DNA from: a virus
Reading direction: 5' to 3' (one strand)
IMG/VR virus record: IMGVR_UViG_3300025736_000003
Length of the DNA: 25,992 nt
In this document: one piece after another, positions 7,547 to 17,133 of the stretch
Layout: each line of letters opens with the position of its first letter
How positions within the stretch are numbered: the stretch's first letter is position 1
Notes under the pieces: generated by a model
Seen by the model: only the letters and a program-made list of their open reading frames with translations
What the model was told of the DNA's origin: nothing
The model's database searches: none
Made by a program: the position numbers and the translations under genes

Positions 7547-7779
7547 TCTCCCACCTCTTCTTCATAATCTTTAATATCAAATATCTCGTCGAGAAATAAC
7601 CTTTCCTTTTTCCCTTGGATTCTTAAATCCTCAAACCAATAAAATGTTTCGTTCTCTAATTCAGAATGAATAATACCATTAGCAAAACCAGTAGGAACTT
7701 TTTTAACATGACATTTAAGTTTCTCTCTATAGTAGAAATTAGCTTTCTGTTTCACCGCTTTTTGTATATCTTTTTCCAT
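7543..7779 (-). CDS. Hypothetical protein (78 aa)
   Basis: ORF coupled to the downstream gene; a UUCG-tetraloop hairpin (acacc-ttcg-ggtgt on the minus strand) sits just upstream of its ATG. Confidence 0.4.
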   Translation of the reverse strand: MEKDIQKAVKQKANFYYREKLKCHVKKVPTGFANGIIHSELENETFYWFEDLRIQGKKERLFLDEIFDIKDYEEEVGE

Positions 7780-7919
7780 TGCATTCCAACACCCGAAGGT
7801 GTGATATAATCAATTAACTATCCTTTATAATATTTTACCAGAACTACATAATAGTAACACAATAAAAAAATCCAACAACAACTATATAAAGAATGAGAAC
7901 CTTTTAATTCTCTACTTCT

Positions 7920-8276
7920 TTATTTGATGGCCGCAATATATAAAGCATTCAACTTAGTCTCGTTAAAACTTCTCTTAGTCTTCCCATTAATAACTTTCTC
8001 TTTAAAATCCCTACCCGTCCAATCTCTAGCATTAGTTACTTCCTTATCACAAAGTTTAGCTACCTCATATTCAAAATCATCGTCGATATTCATATCGGGT
8101 TCATCTAAATATAATTGCATACTTTTCCCACCACAATCAAAAGTTACTACTCCTTCATGTCTTGTATTTGTATCAACTGGTTTTGGGGTAAAAGTTGCTT
8201 TATCTAAAAGGGTTACTCCAGCAACGGCTACACCAATCATCATTATTGCCATCAAAACAATTATTTGTTTTTTCAT
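7920..8276 (-). CDS. Secreted protein (118 aa)
   Basis: N-terminal MKKQIIVLMAIMMIGVAVAG signal-peptide-like segment. Confidence 0.5.
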   Translation of the reverse strand: MKKQIIVLMAIMMIGVAVAGVTLLDKATFTPKPVDTNTRHEGVVTFDCGGKSMQLYLDEPDMNIDDDFEYEVAKLCDKEVTNARDWTGRDFKEKVINGKTKRSFNETKLNALYIAAIK

Positions 8277-8277
8277 T

Positions 8278-10089
8278 TTAATTTACCTCCCTAATATATT
8301 TATAAACCCAAACTCCGTTACAAATAGAATCATCCAATCCTAATCTTGAACTCCCACTCATATATCTTACAACACCTTTAGCAGTATTATTAAATATAAA
8401 GTTTTCCATTGTCCATTCAACTCCTTCGTTTTGACAAGCCGCCTCAAAATAAACCGTTTCTGCCTGATTTGTTTCACAATAATTTCCACTCCAATTCATT
8501 TCGCTATATTGAAAATTTGGAATGGCTGAAAAACAAGTCCCACCAGTATTATTCAAATAAACATTATTGAATCTTACAATATGATTTGGGTCTGCATAGT
8601 TTCTCCAAAATTGTTTTATTCCATAGCTATTTGTATTTAGCATTGTAACATTATTACCCTCGACAATAGTGTTTTCACTTCTAGGAAATATTGCTATTCC
8701 AGTCGTTCCAGTATTAATCCCATAAATTGTATTGTTAATAACTGAGGTATCTTTATTTGAATTAGTCGAGCCTGTCCCTTGAATCTGTATCCCACTTCGT
8801 CCATTATAAGAAATGTAGATAGTATTATTTATTATATCATTTCTATTTGAAATAAGGGCGGCTCCAAAAACTATTGGATTTCTGTTTCCTGTTGTGTTAA
8901 TCCAATTATCTCTTATAATATTATCATTGTGAGTTCCAGTATTAAAATGTATAATACCATCTTGAATTTTGTTATTTTTAACTATATTATTACTTGCCCC
9001 GTTGTAGATACTTATAGAGTTAGCAATTCCGAAAAAGTTATTTTTTTCTATCAGATTATTATTATTATTTGTATGAAAACTTATTCCATTTGAAATACCC
9101 GTCAAGGTGTTATTAATATAATTATTATAAGAACAGCTTGAATAACATTCTATATTATCAGTCCCCCCCGTGAAGGTTGTTACATTATTTCCAGTAATAT
9201 TTGTATGAATTACACCAACCATATAAATTCCGTTTTGGGTAGTTCCACCGTTGGCAGAAGTAACATTATTATTATTTATGTTTTCATAATCCCCTCTTAA
9301 ATAAACGGGATAATTATTGTTTCCAGTATTTCCAGCCTTAACATTACAATTTTGCAAAGTATTTCTATCAGAACCATACGCCATATAAACTCCATATCTT
9401 GAACTTGAATAAGTTGTTCCGTAAGTTATATCATATCCATCGCAATCAAGAATTATATTGTCTCCAGTAAAAGTCATACAAGTTCCTGTCGATGAAACAC
9501 TTACGTTCAATTTATAATTTTGGTTGCTTGTTGCGAAAGTAGAACAGGCTGTCACATTTGTATAAGCTAAATTCATTCCGTCTAAAGTTTGCTTAAATTT
9601 TAGAGTTAAAGTTTTCTTATCTTTGCTCAAATCCCAAGAGCAATTTATCAAACACTCTTTATCAAAATCGAAGATTTGTCTGAATTCATTCCATTCATCC
9701 TTAGGATTCTTTTTATAAGTATATGCGGATAGCGTCTTAAAATCAGGATTAATTTCTTCAAGCAAAATTATATCCGAATCACTTTTTAAAGTATAAATGA
9801 AATCTTTTAATGAATCACTTTTTGTTGTTGGTTTAATAATATATTTTCCTTTCTCTTCTATAAAATCTAAATCATAAGATTTTGAAGATAAAAAGGTATC
9901 TTCTTTAAGTTCTATGTTCGCACTATTCCAATCGGTATCAAAAACTATTTTATTGCTATCCTTACTAATTAATGTTATACTAGAAGATATATCTTCTCCA
10001 ATATTTGAATCTAAATCACTTCCAAAGATTAAAGGTAGAATACCAATTAACAATATTAGAATAGAAAAATATATAATTTGTTTTTTCAT
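8278..10089 (-). CDS. Secreted right-handed parallel beta-helix repeat protein (603 aa), receptor-binding/adhesin- or depolymerase-like
   Basis: Signal peptide MKKQIIYFSILILLIGILPLIFG. Many about 22-aa repeats of the form NNxI.G.N.....GI (NNIVKNNKI, NIIRDNWI, NDIINNTIYIS, SVINNTIYG, NTIVEGNNVT), typical of pectate-lyase-fold beta-helices. Dense NxS/T sequons. Confidence 0.65.
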   Translation of the reverse strand: MKKQIIYFSILILLIGILPLIFGSDLDSNIGEDISSSITLISKDSNKIVFDTDWNSANIELKEDTFLSSKSYDLDFIEEKGKYIIKPTTKSDSLKDFIYTLKSDSDIILLEEINPDFKTLSAYTYKKNPKDEWNEFRQIFDFDKECLINCSWDLSKDKKTLTLKFKQTLDGMNLAYTNVTACSTFATSNQNYKLNVSVSSTGTCMTFTGDNIILDCDGYDITYGTTYSSSRYGVYMAYGSDRNTLQNCNVKAGNTGNNNYPVYLRGDYENINNNNVTSANGGTTQNGIYMVGVIHTNITGNNVTTFTGGTDNIECYSSCSYNNYINNTLTGISNGISFHTNNNNNLIEKNNFFGIANSISIYNGASNNIVKNNKIQDGIIHFNTGTHNDNIIRDNWINTTGNRNPIVFGAALISNRNDIINNTIYISYNGRSGIQIQGTGSTNSNKDTSVINNTIYGINTGTTGIAIFPRSENTIVEGNNVTMLNTNSYGIKQFWRNYADPNHIVRFNNVYLNNTGGTCFSAIPNFQYSEMNWSGNYCETNQAETVYFEAACQNEGVEWTMENFIFNNTAKGVVRYMSGSSRLGLDDSICNGVWVYKYIREVN

Positions 10090-11619
10090 CTAACAGCCTC
10101 CATAAAATATTCCAGTATCATTATATTTAGTAGTTCCAATACAAGCAAATTCTTCTACATATACAGCTTCGGTCATATTAACATTAGCTCCAATTTCAAA
10201 AATCCCATCGCCTGTCTCTGGATATAATTTTAAGTTTGGTGCATTATTCTTTAAATCAAATTCCCAATCAATAGTAGTAGTGTCATCAACAATATCATAT
10301 AAGCTAAATAGCCCAGGTTGTATTAGAGAATTATAATGAGTGCCCGTTGTCCAATCTGTGAAATCTGTTGCGTCTGTAACAAATAATATTGGAGACCCTG
10401 CAATCGCATCCATAAATCCATAAAAATAATTCCCAGAAATTCCATATCCTTCTATATCCCAATCCCCAGTAGCAGTCGAGCTACCGTCTGATTTCCAATA
10501 ATTAGAACTTCCATTCCAATTCCCATTAAAATAATCTGCTGTTATATTTGCTGTAGTTGTTATATCATTATCTTTAAAATTAACATCACCATCAGCTTCA
10601 ATAACCATTCTTTCATTCGAATATCCATTTGTATAGAATGCTAAGTCTGTTGCTACTTCTGTCCCCATTGAAAATCTCCCGTCGTTATATCCATAATAAC
10701 TAAAAATAAAATCTGTTGGAGAATAAACATCATTATAAAATAATCCTGTCCAATAACTTGCATCTGTATTTTGGTGAACTTCAAATGGTGCATAATTTAC
10801 ACTTGTTGTTTCACTACCCATTAAAAAACTTCCAGCAGTATTTGTTACACTTAATCCTGTTGATGATACACTTCCAGTTATATTAGAGTTTCCACTTACT
10901 TCTAAATCTCCTCCTATGTCTGCGTCGTCACCGACAAACAAATCATCCCAAGATATAATATCACCAATATTAGTTTCTATGTTTCCTGCTATAGCATAAA
11001 TATCTCCACCAGCAGAAGTTATTGCCCCGTTGGCACTAATAATTCCACTCGAAGTTATATTATCGAAAATTGAATTACCAATTACTTCTAATGTTCCATA
11101 GAACTTACTCGTTTGTAAATTGCCAATAGTTCCAACAAAGAAATTATTTCCGTTTAAAAAATTAATATATGTATTTCCACCGTCAAGAATCAAATCTGCT
11201 AATCCATTTGTAAAAATAGCTTCTCCAAAAATTCCATGATATAGTGAGAAGTCTGTATCAATATTATTACTTATTGTTAAATTATTTGATGTAAATGCTC
11301 CACCATTAATAATATCATTCCCACCCATATCAATATCTCCGGCCATTGTGCATCCGGTTAAAGCACACCACAAAGCATTTCCAAAAGATGTCAAATATGT
11401 TTCGCTAATAGTTAAGATTCCTCCGACGTTGTTGTGCTGGGTGGAATCAACACCTGTTAGAGCACCTATATTTGTTATCCAATTATTTGATGCATTAACA
11501 AAAGCTGTATTATTATCAAAAGGTATAGGGGGTGAATTTAAATCTATACCAATTATACCATCAACACCAGCACTAGAAAAACCAATCATTAAGATTAGCA
11601 ATAAAACCGAGTATTTCAT
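10090..11619 (-). CDS. Secreted Gly/Asn/Thr/Asp-rich repeat protein (509 aa), fibre/adhesin-like
   Basis: Signal peptide MKYSVLLLILMIGFSSAG, followed by low-complexity Gly-rich repeats (GGDLEVSGNSNITGSVSSTG...). Confidence 0.55.
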   Translation of the reverse strand: MKYSVLLLILMIGFSSAGVDGIIGIDLNSPPIPFDNNTAFVNASNNWITNIGALTGVDSTQHNNVGGILTISETYLTSFGNALWCALTGCTMAGDIDMGGNDIINGGAFTSNNLTISNNIDTDFSLYHGIFGEAIFTNGLADLILDGGNTYINFLNGNNFFVGTIGNLQTSKFYGTLEVIGNSIFDNITSSGIISANGAITSAGGDIYAIAGNIETNIGDIISWDDLFVGDDADIGGDLEVSGNSNITGSVSSTGLSVTNTAGSFLMGSETTSVNYAPFEVHQNTDASYWTGLFYNDVYSPTDFIFSYYGYNDGRFSMGTEVATDLAFYTNGYSNERMVIEADGDVNFKDNDITTTANITADYFNGNWNGSSNYWKSDGSSTATGDWDIEGYGISGNYFYGFMDAIAGSPILFVTDATDFTDWTTGTHYNSLIQPGLFSLYDIVDDTTTIDWEFDLKNNAPNLKLYPETGDGIFEIGANVNMTEAVYVEEFACIGTTKYNDTGIFYGGC

Positions 11620-11942
11620 TACTCAAACCTTCCTCTACTCATAAAAAACCATATACCAGATAAGGTTGTAACACCAGTTACAATCAATAGGATAGGGAGT
11701 GTTATTAGCCCAGCTTTAGTAGTCATTACCAAGCTTAATAAAACACAGGATAATGATGCTAGTGTAGCCCATTGTGGCATATCTGCATAACCGGATCTCT
11801 TACTTTGCATTATAGATCCTCTAAGAAAAATTAACATCCATGTAAAAAATAAAATCATAATTGGCAAAGCAGGTATTATCGTCGCAGTTCCTATTAATAC
11901 TTCATCTGGAGTCGTCCCATTTGGAAATTCAAATGTTGCCAT
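11619..11942 (-). CDS. Small polytopic membrane protein (107 aa)
   Basis: Three hydrophobic helix-length segments in the translation. Confidence 0.5.
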   Translation of the reverse strand: MATFEFPNGTTPDEVLIGTATIIPALPIMILFFTWMLIFLRGSIMQSKRSGYADMPQWATLASLSCVLLSLVMTTKAGLITLPILLIVTGVTTLSGIWFFMSRGRFE

Positions 11943-11943
11943 A

Positions 11944-12375
11944 CTATTCGGGTGATCTCCCTAACCATGCTTTAATTGTGAAATATCCAATAATAAAAGT
12001 TATCATTGTTACAAATGTTATGGCAATAAAACTAAATTCCCTACCAAATATTATAAAGAACCCAGTATTAAATGAAGAGATAGCTAAACTCATCGCAGTT
12101 AATGGGCCTATTTTAAATTGTGCACCAGTTGATGAATGTTCGTCACCACTTTCAAGTGTCGATTTAAATAATATTTCTTGTGATGTTTCAGATTCTCCTG
12201 AAAGTTTTGTGATGTTGCTTTTTATGCCGGTTTCTAAATTAGCATATCTTGAATCCTGTGCTAAACTAATATCTGAATCGTTATCTATTGCAAATTGAGT
12301 CATAAATATTATTACAGAAACAATAAAAATACCTGTTAATGCTGCTCCAATAATCATTCTTGAATATCCAGCCAT
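11944..12375 (-). CDS. Membrane protein (143 aa)
   Basis: N- and C-terminal hydrophobic helices flanking an acidic middle region. Confidence 0.5.
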   Translation of the reverse strand: MAGYSRMIIGAALTGIFIVSVIIFMTQFAIDNDSDISLAQDSRYANLETGIKSNITKLSGESETSQEILFKSTLESGDEHSSTGAQFKIGPLTAMSLAISSFNTGFFIIFGREFSFIAITFVTMITFIIGYFTIKAWLGRSPE

Positions 12376-14888
12376 TATCTTTTACCACTCCCTTTAATTA
12401 TAACAACAACAACAGCTACGACAAACCATAATATTGTTGCCCCTGCCCCTACAATAGATGTTGAGTATGCTAAGTTTAATCCTATTAACAAAAATGCTCC
12501 AAGTATTAAAAATATACCCGTAATTAATGGATTATCACTTACACCCATACCGAACATTAATAATAATAATACAATAGATGAGAAGATTAAAACTCCTCCA
12601 TATTGATCCTTAGGATTATCTTTTAATAATATATAACCTTCCCTTCTTATATCTCCATTTAAAGCAATCGTCGCATATATTGTAGAGTTGCCAAATGATT
12701 CTGGTATAGTACATAATAGAGTTCCACCTGCAGCATTTAATAAATCAGAACATACAGAGGTATTACCAAAATTATCTATGAGTGTTACGTTCAACTGTAC
12801 AATATTACTAACACCACTAATTATCCCAAAAGTAGAACTTACAACCCTTGTATCTTTATCATAAGTTAAAGATGAGAAGAAATCTGATTCTGTAATTATA
12901 TCAAATAAATCTGTTCCTGTAATTAAAGCATTCAAATTAATTTCACATGAAGTTATAAGAGGATTTTGGCAATTAGCTATTACCTCAGTAAAGCTATCTA
13001 ATAGTTCACCATCTTTAATAAAAAACAAATTATATATAACATCGTTTGGAACTAAGTGTGCTATTGTAAAACCATTAGTACCACTCATAGGTATTTCTAT
13101 AGTTTTAAAAACACCTTCTTCAATATATTTTCTCTGGACTTGAACTATTAAATCAGAAACTGGTATAAAATCTTGCCCCTTATATGTTATTTTAAATTCC
13201 TGTCCTTCAGATTCTGCTAAGTTATATAATGTTATATTTTGTGATCTAGTAGAATTATCAAAAATAAAGTTTTGAACATTATAAAATTCCACAAATTTAT
13301 CTATTGCTGTATATTCAATTACTGCATCCATCCTTAAAGTAGAATTACCAACAGAATTATTCATACAAACTCTAGCAGGATTTATTTTTGAATATTCTTT
13401 TGAAAATTGTATTATTTCCTCAGAGTTATCAGGAAAAGAAAATCTCATATCAAGTTTTATAGAAGAATTTTCTGTTACTCCATCTATTTGTAATTGTGTT
13501 GTTTCATCTACAATGGTAAAATTAAAGATTTGATTAGTAAAAACTGAGCAATCATCAATACTAATTTCAAATATAGTTTGATTTTGTGTAGTAGAATTTT
13601 GTATAAAACCGCTTTCTAAAGAAACACTCCAATAGAATGGCACAACTTCCGTACCATTAACTTGTTGTATATTTTTATTTATTGTTGCGAACCATTCGTC
13701 GTCGTCATATTCCGTAAATGTTGTAGGGTAAGACGTTCCATTATAAACGAATAAAACATTAGTTAATCTCTCAAATGTTATAACTGATATATTTATATTA
13801 AAATTAGAAGTATCACCCTCTAATACATTAGGGGAAAACTCTTCGTTTAAAACACTAAATGGAACAACATTAAAAGTAAAATTATTTTGTGCAAACGTAC
13901 AATTATTGAATGAAGAGTTCTCATAACAAATTTCTGCATTCCAAATATAATTTCCCAAAACAAATTCGTCGATAAACAATGATTCGTTAAATGTTCTATT
14001 TGGAGAAAGAGATATTGTAGTTTGGTTATGTATAGAACTATCATTATTCCATATAAAGTAAGTTACATTTGTTACATTATAATCACCAATAACATCCCCA
14101 CTAACTGTAAAATTTGCACCTATATCTGATATTGTTGAATCATTTACAGGAGAAATTAATTTTATTAATCCACCACCTGAATATGGTAATGCATCACTTG
14201 AATTATAAAGTTCTATTATTTCATCAGGTGTTAGAATTTTATTAAAAATTCCAACCTCATCAATATCTCCGTTCCAAGCATTTGTATATCCAACATTATA
14301 TCCTATCCCAGTTTTCGTACCAACAGTACCCTGCCCTGTCATATTCTCTTTCCAAATAGTATCAATATACATTTGTGTATTAGTTCCATCCCATACTAAC
14401 GTAGCCATATGCCAAGCGTTATCAAATAATCCTAAAACACCTGAGGTATCCCAAGCTATCCCTTCTTGTAATAATCTTATATCTGAACTATAACTTGCAG
14501 ATGTAGCAATACAATTCCCCTTCCCTGTATCACCATTGATACAAAGTAATCTACCTTCCGATCCAGGCTGTGTTGTAGATTTAAACCAAACATTTGCAGA
14601 ATAATCTCCTGTCTGAACACCGCTTGTTCCATAAAGTGAATTACCAGAACCATCATAATTACGTCCATCTATTAATATCCCTGAGGAATTTGTTGTTCCA
14701 GAATTTGTTAAATTATTTGAAGAAACTATATCTGTTAAAACATTGTTATCTAATTTATAATAAGAAGTTATATTATCATTCCAATCAAAACCACTAACTT
14801 GTGTTGAAAACGTAAGGATGAAACATACTACCACTATCAAAAAGATTGATGAGGATGGCTTATACGAAGAGTTTTTTTCAGTTTTCAT
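12375..14888 (-). CDS. Large surface (spike/envelope-like) protein, 837 aa, with N-terminal signal peptide and C-terminal membrane anchor
   Basis: Signal-like N-terminus (SIFLIVVVCFILTFSTQVSG) and about 70 C-terminal hydrophobic residues ending in KGSGKR. Numerous NxS/T sequons. A possible concanavalin-A/LamG-like beta-sandwich near the N-terminus is my inference only. Confidence 0.6.
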   Translation of the reverse strand: MKTEKNSSYKPSSSIFLIVVVCFILTFSTQVSGFDWNDNITSYYKLDNNVLTDIVSSNNLTNSGTTNSSGILIDGRNYDGSGNSLYGTSGVQTGDYSANVWFKSTTQPGSEGRLLCINGDTGKGNCIATSASYSSDIRLLQEGIAWDTSGVLGLFDNAWHMATLVWDGTNTQMYIDTIWKENMTGQGTVGTKTGIGYNVGYTNAWNGDIDEVGIFNKILTPDEIIELYNSSDALPYSGGGLIKLISPVNDSTISDIGANFTVSGDVIGDYNVTNVTYFIWNNDSSIHNQTTISLSPNRTFNESLFIDEFVLGNYIWNAEICYENSSFNNCTFAQNNFTFNVVPFSVLNEEFSPNVLEGDTSNFNINISVITFERLTNVLFVYNGTSYPTTFTEYDDDEWFATINKNIQQVNGTEVVPFYWSVSLESGFIQNSTTQNQTIFEISIDDCSVFTNQIFNFTIVDETTQLQIDGVTENSSIKLDMRFSFPDNSEEIIQFSKEYSKINPARVCMNNSVGNSTLRMDAVIEYTAIDKFVEFYNVQNFIFDNSTRSQNITLYNLAESEGQEFKITYKGQDFIPVSDLIVQVQRKYIEEGVFKTIEIPMSGTNGFTIAHLVPNDVIYNLFFIKDGELLDSFTEVIANCQNPLITSCEINLNALITGTDLFDIITESDFFSSLTYDKDTRVVSSTFGIISGVSNIVQLNVTLIDNFGNTSVCSDLLNAAGGTLLCTIPESFGNSTIYATIALNGDIRREGYILLKDNPKDQYGGVLIFSSIVLLLLMFGMGVSDNPLITGIFLILGAFLLIGLNLAYSTSIVGAGATILWFVVAVVVVIIKGSGKR

Positions 14889-15427
14889 ACATTAAACCTC
14901 CCTTCAGGGCTTCCGGTAAAAAATATTATACCAGCTATAAATGCAATTATTGTCATTATAACAGGGCTATAAATAATTAAATAAGATACAAGTGAAGCAT
15001 CCCTGAGGTTTATACCCAACTCATCTTGCCCAACATAAAACTCTTCATAGAATTGGCTAACCGCTATGCACGTTATTATTAATAATAATACTGAGAATAC
15101 AAATAAAGCTATAACCCAACCATTATGATTATCTCTCATCACAAAAGATAGCGATAGTAATCCAACAATACCAACAATATAAATCAAACCCATAATCAAA
15201 CCAATATTATTTATTATAGAACCAATAGGGGTTAATACTGTTTCTGTATATTCGCTTACATTTATTCCAGGTGCAACTTCTCCTATATCATTAAACGCAG
15301 GGAATATTTCATCAGTTGTGGTTTTAATAACACCCCATCCAATAGTTGCCCCAGCCACAAGTAATACTAGGAATATTAATCCACCAATCAATAATGCTAT
15401 AGCCCATATTTGTCCTTTGTTATTCAT
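14885..15427 (-). CDS. Polytopic membrane protein (180 aa, about 4 TM)
   Basis: Four hydrophobic helix-length stretches; ATGA-coupled to neighbours. Confidence 0.55.
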   Translation of the reverse strand: MNNKGQIWAIALLIGGLIFLVLLVAGATIGWGVIKTTTDEIFPAFNDIGEVAPGINVSEYTETVLTPIGSIINNIGLIMGLIYIVGIVGLLSLSFVMRDNHNGWVIALFVFSVLLLIITCIAVSQFYEEFYVGQDELGINLRDASLVSYLIIYSPVIMTIIAFIAGIIFFTGSPEGRFNV

Positions 15428-15630
15428 TTGTGTTTCTCCGGTAAGTTAGTTAATTCTTCTAGCAACTTTCTATAACTTGGACATCTAGTTGCCAAGTTTG
15501 ATATTTTAGGCATTGTCATTTCCCTGGGCGAACACCTACTCAGCTTCTTTTCCATTCTTGTAGCACCAGCTTTAAATAAGTCTGTAAACAGTGTTTCATC
15601 CATTCTAGCAGTCCTACTCTTTGATTTCAT
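15424..15630 (-). CDS. Small basic protein (68 aa)
   Basis: ORF coupled by 4-nt overlaps on both sides; Arg/Lys-rich. Confidence 0.35.
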   Translation of the reverse strand: MKSKSRTARMDETLFTDLFKAGATRMEKKLSRCSPREMTMPKISNLATRCPSYRKLLEELTNLPEKHK

Positions 15631-16349
15631 TTGAACTCAACACCCCTTTCAATTAACCCAAGCATCTCTTTGCTTAAAACAATCCTTTGAATCATTGCAA
15701 TAATACAGAGAGGGATAATTATAAGATTAGATAACATCATAATAGTAAATATTCCAAATAAGAAACTACCTAACAAACCTGTATCTAAATATGCTATTGC
15801 AATATTAGATGCTATAAAAACTATTGATGTTAATAGAATCCAGACAGACCCCTTCACAACTGGCCTGATATATGCTAATTTTGAAACTTCTAATACAAAT
15901 CCTTGATCGTCACGAGCATCAGTTGGTAAAACGTTTAGAAACATAAATAGTAATCCCATAATAAATATTAAGAAAATAATTAAACCCAAATAAAGAATCG
16001 CAGTTTGGGGCGTAAGAGTATGACCATTATAAGTAACTGGAACGGTATTACATCCGGTATCTTTTTCTACACTATTTCCACAACTATAACAATAAGTAAG
16101 GGTATCTTTTTCTGTTAAATTGCCACCTTCAATTAAGAATGAATAATGAGTCCCATCTTGAGTAGCCTCTATGTTTGAAAATAATAATTCTCCACCATAG
16201 GTAACCCTTGTAAAATTACAACCTGTACAATTATTACATTCTTGATAAATTTCATAATCATCTCCTATTTGTGTAGGTGTTAATTCGACAGCCCCTACAA
16301 AAGTAAAAGCAAACATTAAAAATAATAATAATATTACTTTTTTCCCCAT
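15627..16349 (-). CDS. Membrane protein with Cys-rich ectodomain (about 240 aa)
   Basis: I placed the start at the ATG at 16349 (MGKKVILLLFLMFAFTFVGA, signal-like) because AGGAGG lies 9 nt upstream. A CNNCTGCN...CYSCG...GCN cluster is followed by several TM helices. Confidence 0.5.
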   Translation of the reverse strand: MGKKVILLLFLMFAFTFVGAVELTPTQIGDDYEIYQECNNCTGCNFTRVTYGGELLFSNIEATQDGTHYSFLIEGGNLTEKDTLTYCYSCGNSVEKDTGCNTVPVTYNGHTLTPQTAILYLGLIIFLIFIMGLLFMFLNVLPTDARDDQGFVLEVSKLAYIRPVVKGSVWILLTSIVFIASNIAIAYLDTGLLGSFLFGIFTIMMLSNLIIIPLCIIAMIQRIVLSKEMLGLIERGVEFK

Positions 16350-17131
16350 GGCCAAATACCTCCTGTTTTTTGTTGTGTTTCCATAACTGGATTTCCCCTT
16401 GATTCGGATATGTGTGTATGTTGTCTTAATGTTCTCCTTTCCTCTCCCTTCCATGCCCTTAAATAAGTTGCATGAATAGCATCTTGGATAACCCTAACAG
16501 TTATCATATATCTTTTTAATTTACTTTTTATTATTTGTTGTTTTATTTTTTCTAATTCTTCCTCTACTCTATCTTCAATCTTTGCGAATTTTTCATTAAT
16601 AATTTCATCTCTATTATATTCAATACCAGCAACTTCTTTAGCATAGGCGGATATTTCAGTTTGCCTTTCAATTCTATCCTTAAGTACATCAATACATTGT
16701 TTAACAGTTGGAGAAATAAATACTTTATCATATTCCATAAATATAGTATCAATCAAATCATTAGTAAAATCCCACATCTTCTTTCTTATTGTAGCATCGT
16801 CAAAATTAGATAATAATAAATTTTTGTTCAAATACCAGCAGATAGTATTTCTTATTAAATGTATTCCATACTCAGTAAAAATAACCATATCATCATTAGT
16901 AGGAGCTTTCCATATTAACTTCCCATCTACCCCAGGTTCTAATGAATATCCTTTTAATAAATAATCGATCCTTGATATTTCATCACTTAAATCTAGTTGC
17001 TCTCTAGTTATTGATTTCTCTTCTGGTTGCATAAATGTTTCTTGCTGTGCTCTAACTAAGGCTTGTTGTCCAGCTTCTATCTTTGCTGCATCCAATTCTT
17101 GTTGATATTTATCTATTAAATCTTGATCCAT
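16334..17131 (-). CDS. Hypothetical soluble protein (265 aa)
   Basis: ORF in the operon; acidic and coiled-coil-like at the N-terminus; no motif recognised. Confidence 0.45.
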   Translation of the reverse strand: MDQDLIDKYQQELDAAKIEAGQQALVRAQQETFMQPEEKSITREQLDLSDEISRIDYLLKGYSLEPGVDGKLIWKAPTNDDMVIFTEYGIHLIRNTICWYLNKNLLLSNFDDATIRKKMWDFTNDLIDTIFMEYDKVFISPTVKQCIDVLKDRIERQTEISAYAKEVAGIEYNRDEIINEKFAKIEDRVEEELEKIKQQIIKSKLKRYMITVRVIQDAIHATYLRAWKGEERRTLRQHTHISESRGNPVMETQQKTGGIWPWGKK

Positions 17132-17133
17132 TG

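Noticed and set aside
7269-8343. Plus-strand ORFs 7269..7493 and 7924..8343
   Set aside because: Antisense to coupled minus-strand genes, one of which has a clear signal peptide.
11348-14797. ORFs 11348..11644 (+), 11861..12298 (+), 14594..14797 (+), 13847..14044 (-) and 14477..14668 (-)
   Set aside because: They are antisense to, or out-of-frame nested inside, the large minus-strand surface-protein genes.
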